Shown here: piece after piece, positions 8,569-15,942 of the stretch
Layout of the letters: every line of letters begins with the position of its first letter
Numbering within the stretch: position 1 is the first letter of the stretch
Source: Beutenbergia cavernae DSM 12333
GTDB lineage: Bacteria > Actinomycetota > Actinomycetes > Actinomycetales > Beutenbergiaceae
Length of the DNA stretch: 24,000 nucleotides
NCBI RefSeq assembly: GCF_000023105.1
Contig: NC_012669.1
Coordinates: forward strand, 2,023,025-2,047,024
Direction of reading: 5' to 3'
The notes under the pieces: generated by a model
The model's database searches: none
Seen by the model: the letters and a program-made list of their open reading frames with translations, nothing else
Told to the model about the DNA's origin: nothing
Program-made: the position numbers and the translations under genes

Positions 8569-9123
8569 TCAGCCGCGCGGGGCGGTCTCGACAGGGACCT
8601 CGTCCCGCGCGGCGGCGCGCCGGCGCCGGCGCGTCACGACCACCGCGGCGACGACGGCGGCGAGCAGCACCGCTGACGCGGCGATGCCCCACCCGGAACC
8701 GGTCGCCGCGGCCGCGATCGCCAGGAACGCACCGAGGCCGACCGTGGCGTAGATGAACGCCCACGCGATGCAGCCCGGAACCATCGCGATCGTGTACCTC
8801 GGCCACGGCATCCGCACGAGGCCGGCGGCGGCGTTCACCATCGTCTGGAACCCGACGGTGAAGAAGCTGAGCGTGACGGCGAGCGGCCCCCACCGGTGCA
8901 CGAACCCGAGCGCGCGCGTCATCCCCGGCGAGTCGAGGCGGCTGGCGAGGCGCGTGTGCCACACACCCGCGGCGACGGCGCGGCCCAGCCAGTAGGTGGC
9001 CTGGGCGCGCAGGAGCACGATGCCGAAGAGGGCGACGACGACCCAGCCGAACGGGAACCCGTCGAGGCCGTAGGCGGCGGCGACGTCGTCCGTCGGTTCG
9101 AGGAGCGAGCCGGCGACCGTCAC
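8569..9123 (-). CDS. DedA / VTT-domain family membrane protein
   Basis: The GTG start (cac at 9121-9123) overlaps the zur stop as GTGA. The sequence has multiple TM segments and a DedA-like core: ..LLRAQATYWLGRAV...WGPLAVTLSFFTVGFQTMVNAAAGLVRMPWPRYTIAMVPGCIAWAFIYATVG. The start choice is less certain than the family call. Confidence 0.65.
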   Translation of the reverse strand: MTVAGSLLEPTDDVAAAYGLDGFPFGWVVVALFGIVLLRAQATYWLGRAVAAGVWHTRLASRLDSPGMTRALGFVHRWGPLAVTLSFFTVGFQTMVNAAAGLVRMPWPRYTIAMVPGCIAWAFIYATVGLGAFLAIAAAATGSGWGIAASAVLLAAVVAAVVVTRRRRRAAARDEVPVETAPRG

Positions 9124-9545
9124 GGCTGCGCCGACACCTTCGCACGGGCGGGCGCGCTCGCGGCGCGGGAGCACTCGGCGCAGGTGCCGACGAGCTCGGC
9201 GGTGTGGTCCACCTCGGTGAAGCCGTACTCCTCGCCCATGAGGCGAGCCCACCGCTCGACGGCGGCCGCGTCGATCTCGACGGCGCGGCCGCAGACGCGG
9301 CAGACGAGGTGGTGGTGGTGCGTCCGCCGCGCACACCTCCGGTAGATCGACTCGCCGTCGTCGCTCCGCAGGACGTCCACCTCGCCGGCGTCGGCGAGCG
9401 CCTGCATGGTGCGGTAGACGGTGGCGAGACCGACGGCGTCGCCGCGTTCGCGGAGCAGCTCGTGCAGCTGCTGCGCGCTCCGGAAGTCCTCGACCTGCTC
9501 GAGCAGCTCGGAGACGGCGGCACGCTGTCGCGTCATGCGCTGCAT
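9120..9545 (-). CDS. zur: Zinc uptake regulator Zur (Fur family)
   Basis: The ATG (cat at 9543-9545) has AAGGAGGG 6 nt upstream. MQRMTRQRAAVSELLEQVEDFRSAQQLHELLRERGDAVGLATVYRTMQALADAGEVDVL...HHHHLVCRVCGRAVEI...HTAELVGTCAEC closely resembles mycobacterial Zur/FurB, including both CxxC pairs. It lies immediately downstream of znuACB. Confidence 0.9.
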   Translation of the reverse strand: MQRMTRQRAAVSELLEQVEDFRSAQQLHELLRERGDAVGLATVYRTMQALADAGEVDVLRSDDGESIYRRCARRTHHHHLVCRVCGRAVEIDAAAVERWARLMGEEYGFTEVDHTAELVGTCAECSRAASAPARAKVSAQP

Positions 9546-10477
9546 CAGCTGCCCTCCTTGGTGAGCACGACGTCGTCCGGAAGGTCCGGATGAGGGTCCC
9601 TGTGGGCCGTTGCCGCCCGCCCGCGCACGCGCGCGACGACGGGTCGCAGGGCGGCAGTCACAGCGTAGAGGGCGATCGCGAGCACCACGATCATCGCGCC
9701 GGGCGCGAGCGGGCGGATGTACGTGATGACGAGGCCGGTCACGCAGACGACCACCCCGACGCCCATCGCCACGGCCATCGTGCGGCCGAACGAGCTGGCC
9801 ACGAGCTGCGCGACGGCGACCGGCACGATCATGACCGCGCTGACGAGCAGCAGGCCGACGACGCGCATCGACACGGTGACGGTGAGCGCTGCCACGACGG
9901 CGATGGTGAGGTTGAGGGCGCGGACCGGCAGCCCCGTGGACCGTGCGAAGTCCTCGTCCTGGCAGACGGCGAACAGGGCGGTGCGCAGACCGAGGCCGAC
10001 GACGAGCACCCCGACGCCCATCCCGACGATGAGCCACAGGTCCGAGACGCTCACCGTGGAGATCGAGCCGAACAGGTACGCCATGAGGTTGGCGTTGGTG
10101 CCGCCGGCGATGCCGATGAGCAGCACGCCGCCGGCGATGCCGCCGTAGAACAGCAGGGCGAGGGCGACGTCCCCGCTCGTGCGCCCCCGTGCCCGGACCA
10201 CCTCGATGAGGATCGCGCCGACGACGGCGGCGACGATCGCGCCGGGGATGGCGAGCACGTCGTGCGGGGTGAGCGCCATGGCGTTGCCGACGAGCCACCC
10301 GGCGGCCACGCCCGTGAGCGCGACGTGCCCGACGCCGTCGCCGAGCAGGGCGAGCCGCCGCTGGACGAGGTAGGTGCCGATCACCGGCGCGGCCAGCCCG
10401 ACGAGCGCCGCGGCGATGAGCGCGCGCTGCATGAGCGGGCTGGTCAGCATCTCGGTGACGGTCTGCCAGTCGGTCAC
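9545..10477 (-). CDS. znuB: Zinc/metal ABC transporter permease (ZnuB type)
   Basis: The GTG (cac at 10475-10477) overlaps the znuC stop as GTGA. The sequence VTDWQTVTEMLTSPLMQRALIAAALVGLAAPVIGTYLVQRRLALLGDGVGHVALTGVAAG... is an ABC-3 family pattern. Confidence 0.88.
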   Translation of the reverse strand: MTDWQTVTEMLTSPLMQRALIAAALVGLAAPVIGTYLVQRRLALLGDGVGHVALTGVAAGWLVGNAMALTPHDVLAIPGAIVAAVVGAILIEVVRARGRTSGDVALALLFYGGIAGGVLLIGIAGGTNANLMAYLFGSISTVSVSDLWLIVGMGVGVLVVGLGLRTALFAVCQDEDFARSTGLPVRALNLTIAVVAALTVTVSMRVVGLLLVSAVMIVPVAVAQLVASSFGRTMAVAMGVGVVVCVTGLVITYIRPLAPGAMIVVLAIALYAVTAALRPVVARVRGRAATAHRDPHPDLPDDVVLTKEGS

Positions 10478-11310
10478 GTCGTGCTCCAGGGTTCGACGTG
10501 GAGCGCGCCGGGGACGGCGGCCGCGGCGGCCTCGGTGGCGTGCGCGTGGGTGTGCTCGTGCCCGACGCCGCGGTGGCCGGGAGCCGGGCGAGGCGGGGCG
10601 CCGTCGTGCACCACGCGCCCGTGGCGGAGCACGACCGCCCGCGAGATGAACGGGACGAACGCCTCGATCTCGTGGAGCACCACCAGGACTGTCGTCCCCT
10701 CGTCGCGCAGCTGCGCCATGGTGGTGGTGAACGCGTCCTGGCTCGGCCGGTCGACGCCGGCGAGAGGCTCGTCGAGCACCAGGAGCTCGGGCCGGCGCGC
10801 GAGGGCGCGCGCGATGAGCACGCGCTGCTGCTGCCCGCCGGACATCTCGCCGACGCTGCGGTGCGCACGGTCCGCGAGGCCGACGCGGTCGAGCGCCTCC
10901 CGTGCCCGTGCGCGCGCGCCGCGCGGCGGACGGAGGCGCCCGTGCGCCAGCAGGCCCGCGACGACCACCTCGAGCGCCGTCGCCGGAACGCCCGAGGCCG
11001 CCGTCGAGCGCTGGGGCACGTACCCGAGGCGGGTCCACGGCACGCGAGAACGCTGCGTGACGTCCACGCCGAACAGCAGGGCGCGCCCGGCGCTGGGCGA
11101 CTGGATCCCGACGAGCGTGCGCACCAGCGTGGACTTGCCGGAGCCGTTGGCGCCGAGCAGGGCGACGAACTCGCCGGCGTCGACCCGCAGGTCCACGTCG
11201 GCAAGGATCCGGGAGCCGCCGATCGCGACGTCGAGCGCGCGCGTCTCCAGGACCGCCGGCGTGAGCTCGTCGTCCGCCGCGCAGCCGACGTCGGCGGGGA
11301 CGTCAGGCAC
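10474..11310 (-). CDS. znuC: Zinc/metal ABC transporter ATP-binding protein (ZnuC type)
   Basis: Walker A GANGSGKST, signature MSGGQQQRV and Walker B LLVLDEP are present, plus a His-rich C-terminal tail (GHEHTHAHATE). The GTG start at 11310 overlaps the znuA 3' end by 8 nt. Confidence 0.88.
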   Translation of the reverse strand: MPDVPADVGCAADDELTPAVLETRALDVAIGGSRILADVDLRVDAGEFVALLGANGSGKSTLVRTLVGIQSPSAGRALLFGVDVTQRSRVPWTRLGYVPQRSTAASGVPATALEVVVAGLLAHGRLRPPRGARARAREALDRVGLADRAHRSVGEMSGGQQQRVLIARALARRPELLVLDEPLAGVDRPSQDAFTTTMAQLRDEGTTVLVVLHEIEAFVPFISRAVVLRHGRVVHDGAPPRPAPGHRGVGHEHTHAHATEAAAAAVPGALHVEPWSTT

Positions 11311-12241
11311 AGTCGAGCGCCGTCCTCAGCGCGTCGAGATTGGCGCGCATGATCGTCAGGTAGTCGGCGTCCGGGTCCGTGAGCCCCTCGACCGGGTCGA
11401 GGAGGGCCGTCGTCACCCCGAGGTCGTCCGCGAGCACCTGCGCGACCTGCGGGTTGACCAGGCTCTCCGTGAAGATCGTGGTCACGCCCTCAGTCTCCAC
11501 CACGTCGGAGATCTCACGCAGTCGTGCGGGCGAGGGCTCGGCCTCGGGATCGACGCCGGAGATGCCGACCTGGTGCAGGTCGTACCGCTCGGCGAGGTAC
11601 CCGTACGCCTCGTGCGAGACGACGATGGTCCGGTTCGTGCACGTGGCGAGGCCGTCGGCGAACGAGGTGTCGAGCTCCTCGAGCTCGGCGCGCAGGTCGG
11701 CGGCGTTCGCCGCGAACTCGTCGGCCCGGTCCGGCTCGGTCTCGGCGAGGGACGCGGCGACGGCGTCGCCCGCGTCCGCCAACCGCGTCGGGTCCAACCA
11801 GAAGTGGGGGTCCGACGCGCCGTCGTGGTCGTGCCCGTCGTCCGTGTGCTCGCCCTCGTGCTCCTCCTCGTGGACCTCGAGACGCGCCGCGTCCGCGACG
11901 TCGAGCACGTGCTCGGGCTGGGCCTGCGCGACGGCGTCGTCGACGGCGGGCTGGAAGCCCGAGAGGTAGACGACGAGCCCGGCGTTGCCGAGCGAGGCGA
12001 CGTCGGCGGGGGAGAGCTCGAGATCGTGCGGCTCGGCACCGGCCGGCGTCAGGCTCGACGTGGTGACGGCGTCGCCCCCCACGCGCTCGGCGACGAACTG
12101 CAGGGGGTAGAACGAGGCCATGACGTCGAGCCGGCCGTCGTCGGACGCCGGAGCGGCCTGGCCGCACGCGGTGAGGGCGAGGGCGGCGGCGCCGGTGAGG
12201 GCCGCGACGGCAGCACGGGTCGAGGTCGAGCGGAGTGGCAT
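11303..12241 (-). CDS. znuA: Zinc ABC transporter substrate-binding lipoprotein (ZnuA type) with His/Asp/Glu-rich loop
   Basis: Lipobox ALALTAC|G. The ZnuA fold pattern includes ..ASFYPLQFVAERVGG.. and DPHFWLDP. The acidic/His loop VHEEEHEGEHTDDGHDHDGASDPH (nt 11804-11872) is typical of Zn-specific members of this family. Confidence 0.88.
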   Translation of the reverse strand: MPLRSTSTRAAVAALTGAAALALTACGQAAPASDDGRLDVMASFYPLQFVAERVGGDAVTTSSLTPAGAEPHDLELSPADVASLGNAGLVVYLSGFQPAVDDAVAQAQPEHVLDVADAARLEVHEEEHEGEHTDDGHDHDGASDPHFWLDPTRLADAGDAVAASLAETEPDRADEFAANAADLRAELEELDTSFADGLATCTNRTIVVSHEAYGYLAERYDLHQVGISGVDPEAEPSPARLREISDVVETEGVTTIFTESLVNPQVAQVLADDLGVTTALLDPVEGLTDPDADYLTIMRANLDALRTALDCA

Positions 12242-12278
12242 GAGAACGATTCTCTCCTTAGATGAGAACCGATGTCAA
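12241..12278 (-). promoter_or_regulatory. Candidate tandem Zur boxes over a candidate znuA promoter (-35 TTGACA, -10 GAGAAT on the minus strand)
   Basis: Box A is tgagaacgattctct (12241-12255), with the perfect 5-3-5 palindrome gagaa-cga-ttctc at 12242-12254. Box B is tgagaaccgatgtca (12263-12277). Both begin ATGAGAAC and resemble the actinobacterial Zur palindrome TGAAAATGATTTTCA as I recall it. This is the only AT-enriched patch between znuA and glyQS. Confidence 0.45.
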
Positions 12279-12381
12279 AACAGGGTGGGCTCCGTCAGGA
12301 CCTGCGCGGGGGACACGGTAGGTTGAGCGCTTCGCCGCCCGCACCCGCCAGGTGCGGTACCGAGTAGAGGAGAACTCCATC

Positions 12382-13770
12382 GTGGCCAGCTCGTCCAGCC
12401 GTCTCGACGCCGTCGTCAGCCTCGCCAAGCGCCGAGGATTCGTCTTCCAGGCCGGCGAGATCTACGGGGGTTCCCGCTCCGCGTGGGACTACGGACCGCT
12501 CGGCGTCGAGCTCAAGGAGAACATCAAGCGGCAGTGGTGGCGCGCGATGGTCACGAGCCGCGACGACATCGTCGGGCTCGACTCCTCGGTCATCCTCCCG
12601 CGCCCCGTCTGGGTGGCGTCCGGGCACGTGGGCGCGTTCTCGGACCCGCTCACCGAGTGCCTCTCCTGCCACAAGCGCTTCCGCGAGGACCACCTCATCG
12701 AGGAGTTCGAAGAGCGGAAGGGACGCGCTCCCGAGGGCGGGCTCGCCGAGATCGCGTGCCCGAACTGCGGCACCCGCGGGCAGTGGACCGAGCCCCGTGA
12801 CTTCAACATGATGCTCAAGACGTACCTCGGCCCGGTCGAGGACGAGTCGGGGCTGCACTACCTGCGGCCGGAGACGGCCCAGGGCATCTTCGTGAACTTC
12901 GCGAACGTGATGGGCGCCGCGCGCAAGAAGCCGCCGTTCGGCATCGCGCAGATCGGCAAGTCGTTCCGGAACGAGATCACGCCGGGGAACTTCATCTTCC
13001 GCACGCGCGAGTTCGAGCAGATGGAGATGGAGTACTTCGTCGAGCCCGGCAGCGACGAGCAGTGGCACCAGTACTGGATCGACGCGCGCACCGACTGGTA
13101 CGTCGACCTCGGCATCGACCGGGACAACCTGCGGCTCTACGAGCACCCCGCCGAGAAGCTCTCGCACTACTCCACCCGCACGGTCGACATCGAGTACCGC
13201 TTCGGGTTCACCGGCAGCGAGTGGGGCGAGCTCGAGGGGATCGCGAACCGCACCGACTTCGACCTCAAGACCCACTCCGAGCACTCCGGACGTGACCTGT
13301 CCTACTTCGACCAGGGCAAGAACGAGCGGTGGGTGCCGTACGTCATCGAGCCGGCGGCCGGCCTGACCCGCTCCCTCATGGCGTTCCTCGTGGAGGCGTA
13401 CGCCGAGGACGAGGCACCGAACACCAAGGGCGGCGTCGACGTGCGCACCGTCCTGCGCCTCGACCACCGGCTCGCCCCCGTCAAGGTCGCGGTGCTGCCG
13501 CTCAGCCGCAGCGGCGACCTGTCGCCGAAGGCCCGCGGGCTCGCGGCCGAGCTGCGTCAGGCGTGGAACGTCGACTTCGACGACGCCGGGGCGATCGGTC
13601 GGCGCTACCGGCGGCAGGACGAGATCGGCACGCCGTTCTGCGTGACCGTCGACTTCGACACGCTCACCGACGACGCCGTCACCGTCCGGCACCGTGACTC
13701 GATGCAGCAGGAGCGGGTGGCGCTGTCGAAGGTCCGCGGCTACCTCGCGGAGCACCTCGTCGGCGCCTGA
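12382..13770 (+). CDS. glyQS: Glycine--tRNA ligase (class II, homodimeric type)
   Basis: GTG at 12382, with GAGGAG 9 nt upstream. [57 protein letters not shown]... is near-identical in pattern to actinobacterial GlyRS, and the length (462 aa) fits. Confidence 0.95.
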   Translation: MASSSSRLDAVVSLAKRRGFVFQAGEIYGGSRSAWDYGPLGVELKENIKRQWWRAMVTSRDDIVGLDSSVILPRPVWVASGHVGAFSDPLTECLSCHKRFREDHLIEEFEERKGRAPEGGLAEIACPNCGTRGQWTEPRDFNMMLKTYLGPVEDESGLHYLRPETAQGIFVNFANVMGAARKKPPFGIAQIGKSFRNEITPGNFIFRTREFEQMEMEYFVEPGSDEQWHQYWIDARTDWYVDLGIDRDNLRLYEHPAEKLSHYSTRTVDIEYRFGFTGSEWGELEGIANRTDFDLKTHSEHSGRDLSYFDQGKNERWVPYVIEPAAGLTRSLMAFLVEAYAEDEAPNTKGGVDVRTVLRLDHRLAPVKVAVLPLSRSGDLSPKARGLAAELRQAWNVDFDDAGAIGRRYRRQDEIGTPFCVTVDFDTLTDDAVTVRHRDSMQQERVALSKVRGYLAEHLVGA

Positions 13771-13775
13771 CACGG

Positions 13776-15044
13776 ATGGCGAAGCACTCGGAGCCGGGCG
13801 GGCCCGCGGACGACGCTGACGGCGTCGTCGCGCACGAGCACGGCGCGATCACGCTCCCGGACGCCGAGGCGCGCCGAGCGCGCACCGTGCTGCTCGCGTG
13901 CGTGCTCCCCCTGCTGGTCGCGACCGTCGCAGGACTGCTCGCGCTGTGGCCGCGGGGCGACACCCCGATCGGGTCGATCCCGCTCGGCGCGCCGGGGGTG
14001 ACGTTCGACGAGGCGGTGGTCCTCGAGGGCACCCAGGGCGCGGACACCGAGGTGCTCGTGCGCCTCGAGACCGGGCAGGGCGCCGGGCAGAGCGTGCCGA
14101 TCCAGGTGCCGCCGGAGGTCGCGCGCGAAGGCGTCGACGCCGGCGCCCGCATCCGGGTCATCTTCGTCCCGGAGGCGCTGGGGACCGGGGTGCCGTACGT
14201 GTTCGTGGACTTCGACCGCGACGTCCCGATCGGCATCCTGGTGGGGATCTACGCCGCCGTCGTGCTGCTCGTCGCCCGGTGGCGCGGCCTGGCGGCGATG
14301 GCGGGTCTGGGCATGTCGCTCGCCGTGGTCGGCTTCTTCGTGGTGCCCGCGCTCATGCTCGGGACGTCGCCGCTGCTCGTCGCGCTCGTCGGGTCGAGCG
14401 CCATGATGTTCGTCTCGCTGTACCTCGCGCACGGGGTCTCGATCCGGACGACGACGGCGCTGCTCGGCACGTTCGGGGGCCTGGCCGTGACGACGGCGCT
14501 CGCGGCCTGGTCGACCGGCGCGGCCCGGCTCGTGGGGACCGGTTCGGAGGACCAGGTGATGCTCGCGGGCACGTTCCCCGACCTGTCGCTCAGCGCGCTG
14601 CTGGTGTGCGGGATCGTCATCGCCGGGCTCGGCGCGCTCAACGACGTCACGATCACGCAGGCGTCGGCCGTGTGGGAAATCCACGCGGCGGACCCGACGG
14701 CGTCGCGTCGGCGCGTGTTCTCGCGGGCCATGCGCATCGGCCGGGACCACATCGCCTCGACCGTGTACACGCTCGCGTTCGCGTACGTCGGGACGGCGCT
14801 GCCGCTCATCATGCTCGCCTCGCTGTACGACCGGACGCTGCTCGGGACGCTGACGACGGGGGAGATCGTGGAGGAGGTCGTGCGCACGCTCGTCTCCTCG
14901 ATCGGGCTGGTGCTGGCCATCCCGGCGACGACGGGCATCGCGGCGCTGCTCGTGCGCTCCTCCCGCGCCCGCGGTGAGCGCGAGTCAGACCCGAGCGCTC
15001 GAGTCAGACCCTCCGGAGGGTCTGACTCGAGCGCGGGGGTCTGA
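13776..15044 (+). CDS. YibE/F family integral membrane protein
   Basis: ATG at 13776, 5 nt after the glyQS stop. An N-terminal TM and extracytoplasmic domain are followed by multiple TMs. The motif ...NDVTITQASAVWEI...MRIGRDHIASTVYTLAFAYVGTALPLIML is typical of YibE/F. About the last 21 codons and the stop are encoded by the palindrome at 14980-15049. Confidence 0.75.
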   Translation: MAKHSEPGGPADDADGVVAHEHGAITLPDAEARRARTVLLACVLPLLVATVAGLLALWPRGDTPIGSIPLGAPGVTFDEAVVLEGTQGADTEVLVRLETGQGAGQSVPIQVPPEVAREGVDAGARIRVIFVPEALGTGVPYVFVDFDRDVPIGILVGIYAAVVLLVARWRGLAAMAGLGMSLAVVGFFVVPALMLGTSPLLVALVGSSAMMFVSLYLAHGVSIRTTTALLGTFGGLAVTTALAAWSTGAARLVGTGSEDQVMLAGTFPDLSLSALLVCGIVIAGLGALNDVTITQASAVWEIHAADPTASRRRVFSRAMRIGRDHIASTVYTLAFAYVGTALPLIMLASLYDRTLLGTLTTGEIVEEVVRTLVSSIGLVLAIPATTGIAALLVRSSRARGERESDPSARVRPSGGSDSSAGV

Positions 15045-15049
15045 CTCGC
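14980..15049. repeat. 70-bp near-perfect composite palindrome (33 of 35 positions complementary) built from 2 direct plus 2 inverted copies of the 11-mer GAGTCAGACCC; likely bidirectional terminator or REP/MITE-like element
   Basis: gagtcagaccc lies at 14982-14992 and 15001-15011, and gggtctgactc at 15018-15028 and 15037-15047. The left spacer gagcgctc is itself a perfect 8-bp palindrome. The symmetry centre is at 15014/15015. The element sits between the convergent YibE/F and thioesterase genes. Confidence 0.9.
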
Positions 15050-15066
15050 CGACGGGGATCGCTGCG

Positions 15067-15837
15067 TCAGAGCCGCCGGACGAGGAGGCTCTGCGCGCTC
15101 GTGCCCCACGGCCCGCCCGCGTCGTGGAGGACGCTGCTGGTGAGACCGGCGCCCGTGGGCCCGAACGAGACGGCGGTGTCGAAGCCGAGCCAGCCGTCGT
15201 CGGGCGCTCGGAACGCGTGCGCGGTCAGGTCGACGTTGGGGAACGCCACCTCGCGCGGGTCCGCGCGCACCGTGAGGCCGTTGGAGCCGTCGATCAGTCC
15301 GGCCGCCCGGGCGAGAGGGCTCACCGGCTCCCCGTCCAGGAGCGGCACGTCGGTCCGGACCCAGAACCCCGCCCGGCCCGGGCCGAGCGCGACGCGCCGC
15401 ACCTCGACCGACCGGATGAACCCGCCGGGCCAGACCGTGGCGGGGTCCCACGGGTCCATGGTGTCGGGGCCGGGGAGTGCCGGCAGGTCCGTCGCGGCGA
15501 GCGTGGCGGTGTCGCCCGCCTGCGTGAGCCAGGCGCGGAGCGTGAGGCCGCGCCTCTGGCCGTGCGACAGCTCGGCCTCCACGAGCTCGACGCTGCGGCC
15601 CGGCCTGAGCACCCGCACGGCGGTGTGCACGACGTCGAGCGGGATCGTCCCCCAGATGTCGTACGAGAGCCGCGTGACCGCCAGGTCGTGCCGCCCGCGG
15701 GCGTCCCGGTCGACCTCGACGAGGTGCGCCAGCAGGCCGAGCGCCGGCGCGATGTGCTGCTCCCGGGTGTTCCAGGCGCCGGACACGTGGTCCGTGGGGC
15801 GGAACGACGTCTCGTCGACGCGGTGGAAGTAGGGCAC
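15067..15837 (-). CDS. Thioesterase family protein (TesB-like double hotdog, acyl-CoA thioesterase-like)
   Basis: The GTG (cac at 15835-15837) has AGGAG 6 nt upstream. The pattern VPYFHRVDETSFRPTDHVSGAWNTREQHIAPALGLLAHLVE...FPNVDLTAHAFRAPDDGWLGFDTAVSFGPTGAGLTSSVLHD resembles actinobacterial thioesterase-like proteins. The family call is made from memory only. Confidence 0.6.
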   Translation of the reverse strand: MPYFHRVDETSFRPTDHVSGAWNTREQHIAPALGLLAHLVEVDRDARGRHDLAVTRLSYDIWGTIPLDVVHTAVRVLRPGRSVELVEAELSHGQRRGLTLRAWLTQAGDTATLAATDLPALPGPDTMDPWDPATVWPGGFIRSVEVRRVALGPGRAGFWVRTDVPLLDGEPVSPLARAAGLIDGSNGLTVRADPREVAFPNVDLTAHAFRAPDDGWLGFDTAVSFGPTGAGLTSSVLHDAGGPWGTSAQSLLVRRL

Positions 15838-15942
15838 GCTGCGCTCCTGACGCTGGTCCGGCCGGGCTACCGAGCCTGGCACGTCGCGCCGCGTGCCGGG
15901 GTCCATCGCACCCCACCGCGGGCGACCTGGGAGAATGGGCGC

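Noticed and set aside
6812-9523. 903-aa minus-strand ORF spanning the GHL10 gene antisense and the dedA/zur region out of frame.
   Set aside because: No domain-like sequence is present and the composition is extremely Arg-rich. The ORF conflicts with three well-supported genes.
9120-11204. 694-aa minus-strand ORF suggesting a giant Zur fusion protein.
   Set aside because: Only the last 141 codons (from the ATG at 9545, which has a strong AAGGAGGG RBS) are Fur-like. The upstream part is an out-of-frame read through znuB/znuC with no domain content.
9590-12265. 891-aa plus-strand ORF antisense to znuB, znuC and znuA.
   Set aside because: It is a shadow ORF with a low-complexity Arg/Asp/Gly translation. 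The opposite strand carries Walker motifs, a lipobox and ABC-3 permease signatures.
12339-12357. 7-bp hairpin (ccgcacc-cgcca-ggtgcgg) in the glyQS 5' region; considered as part of a T-box riboswitch.
   Set aside because: Only about 100 nt lie between the Zur boxes and the glyQS start, too little for a T-box. I also see no specifier loop, T-box consensus or terminator/antiterminator pair. It is probably just 5'-UTR structure.
15875-15900. Inverted repeat cctGGCACG-N8-CGTGCCggg in the thioesterase/dus divergent region; considered as an operator.
   Set aside because: It is short and GC-rich, so it is expected fairly often by chance in this composition. No regulator gene is adjacent and no second copy occurs.
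14974-15942. N-terminal 323 codons of the 720-aa ORF that ends as the Dus gene.
   Set aside because: This stretch is antisense to the thioesterase-like gene and reads through the palindrome. Dus homology begins only at VTTLRLGPLALGTPVVLAPMAGV (GTG 15943, with an RBS).
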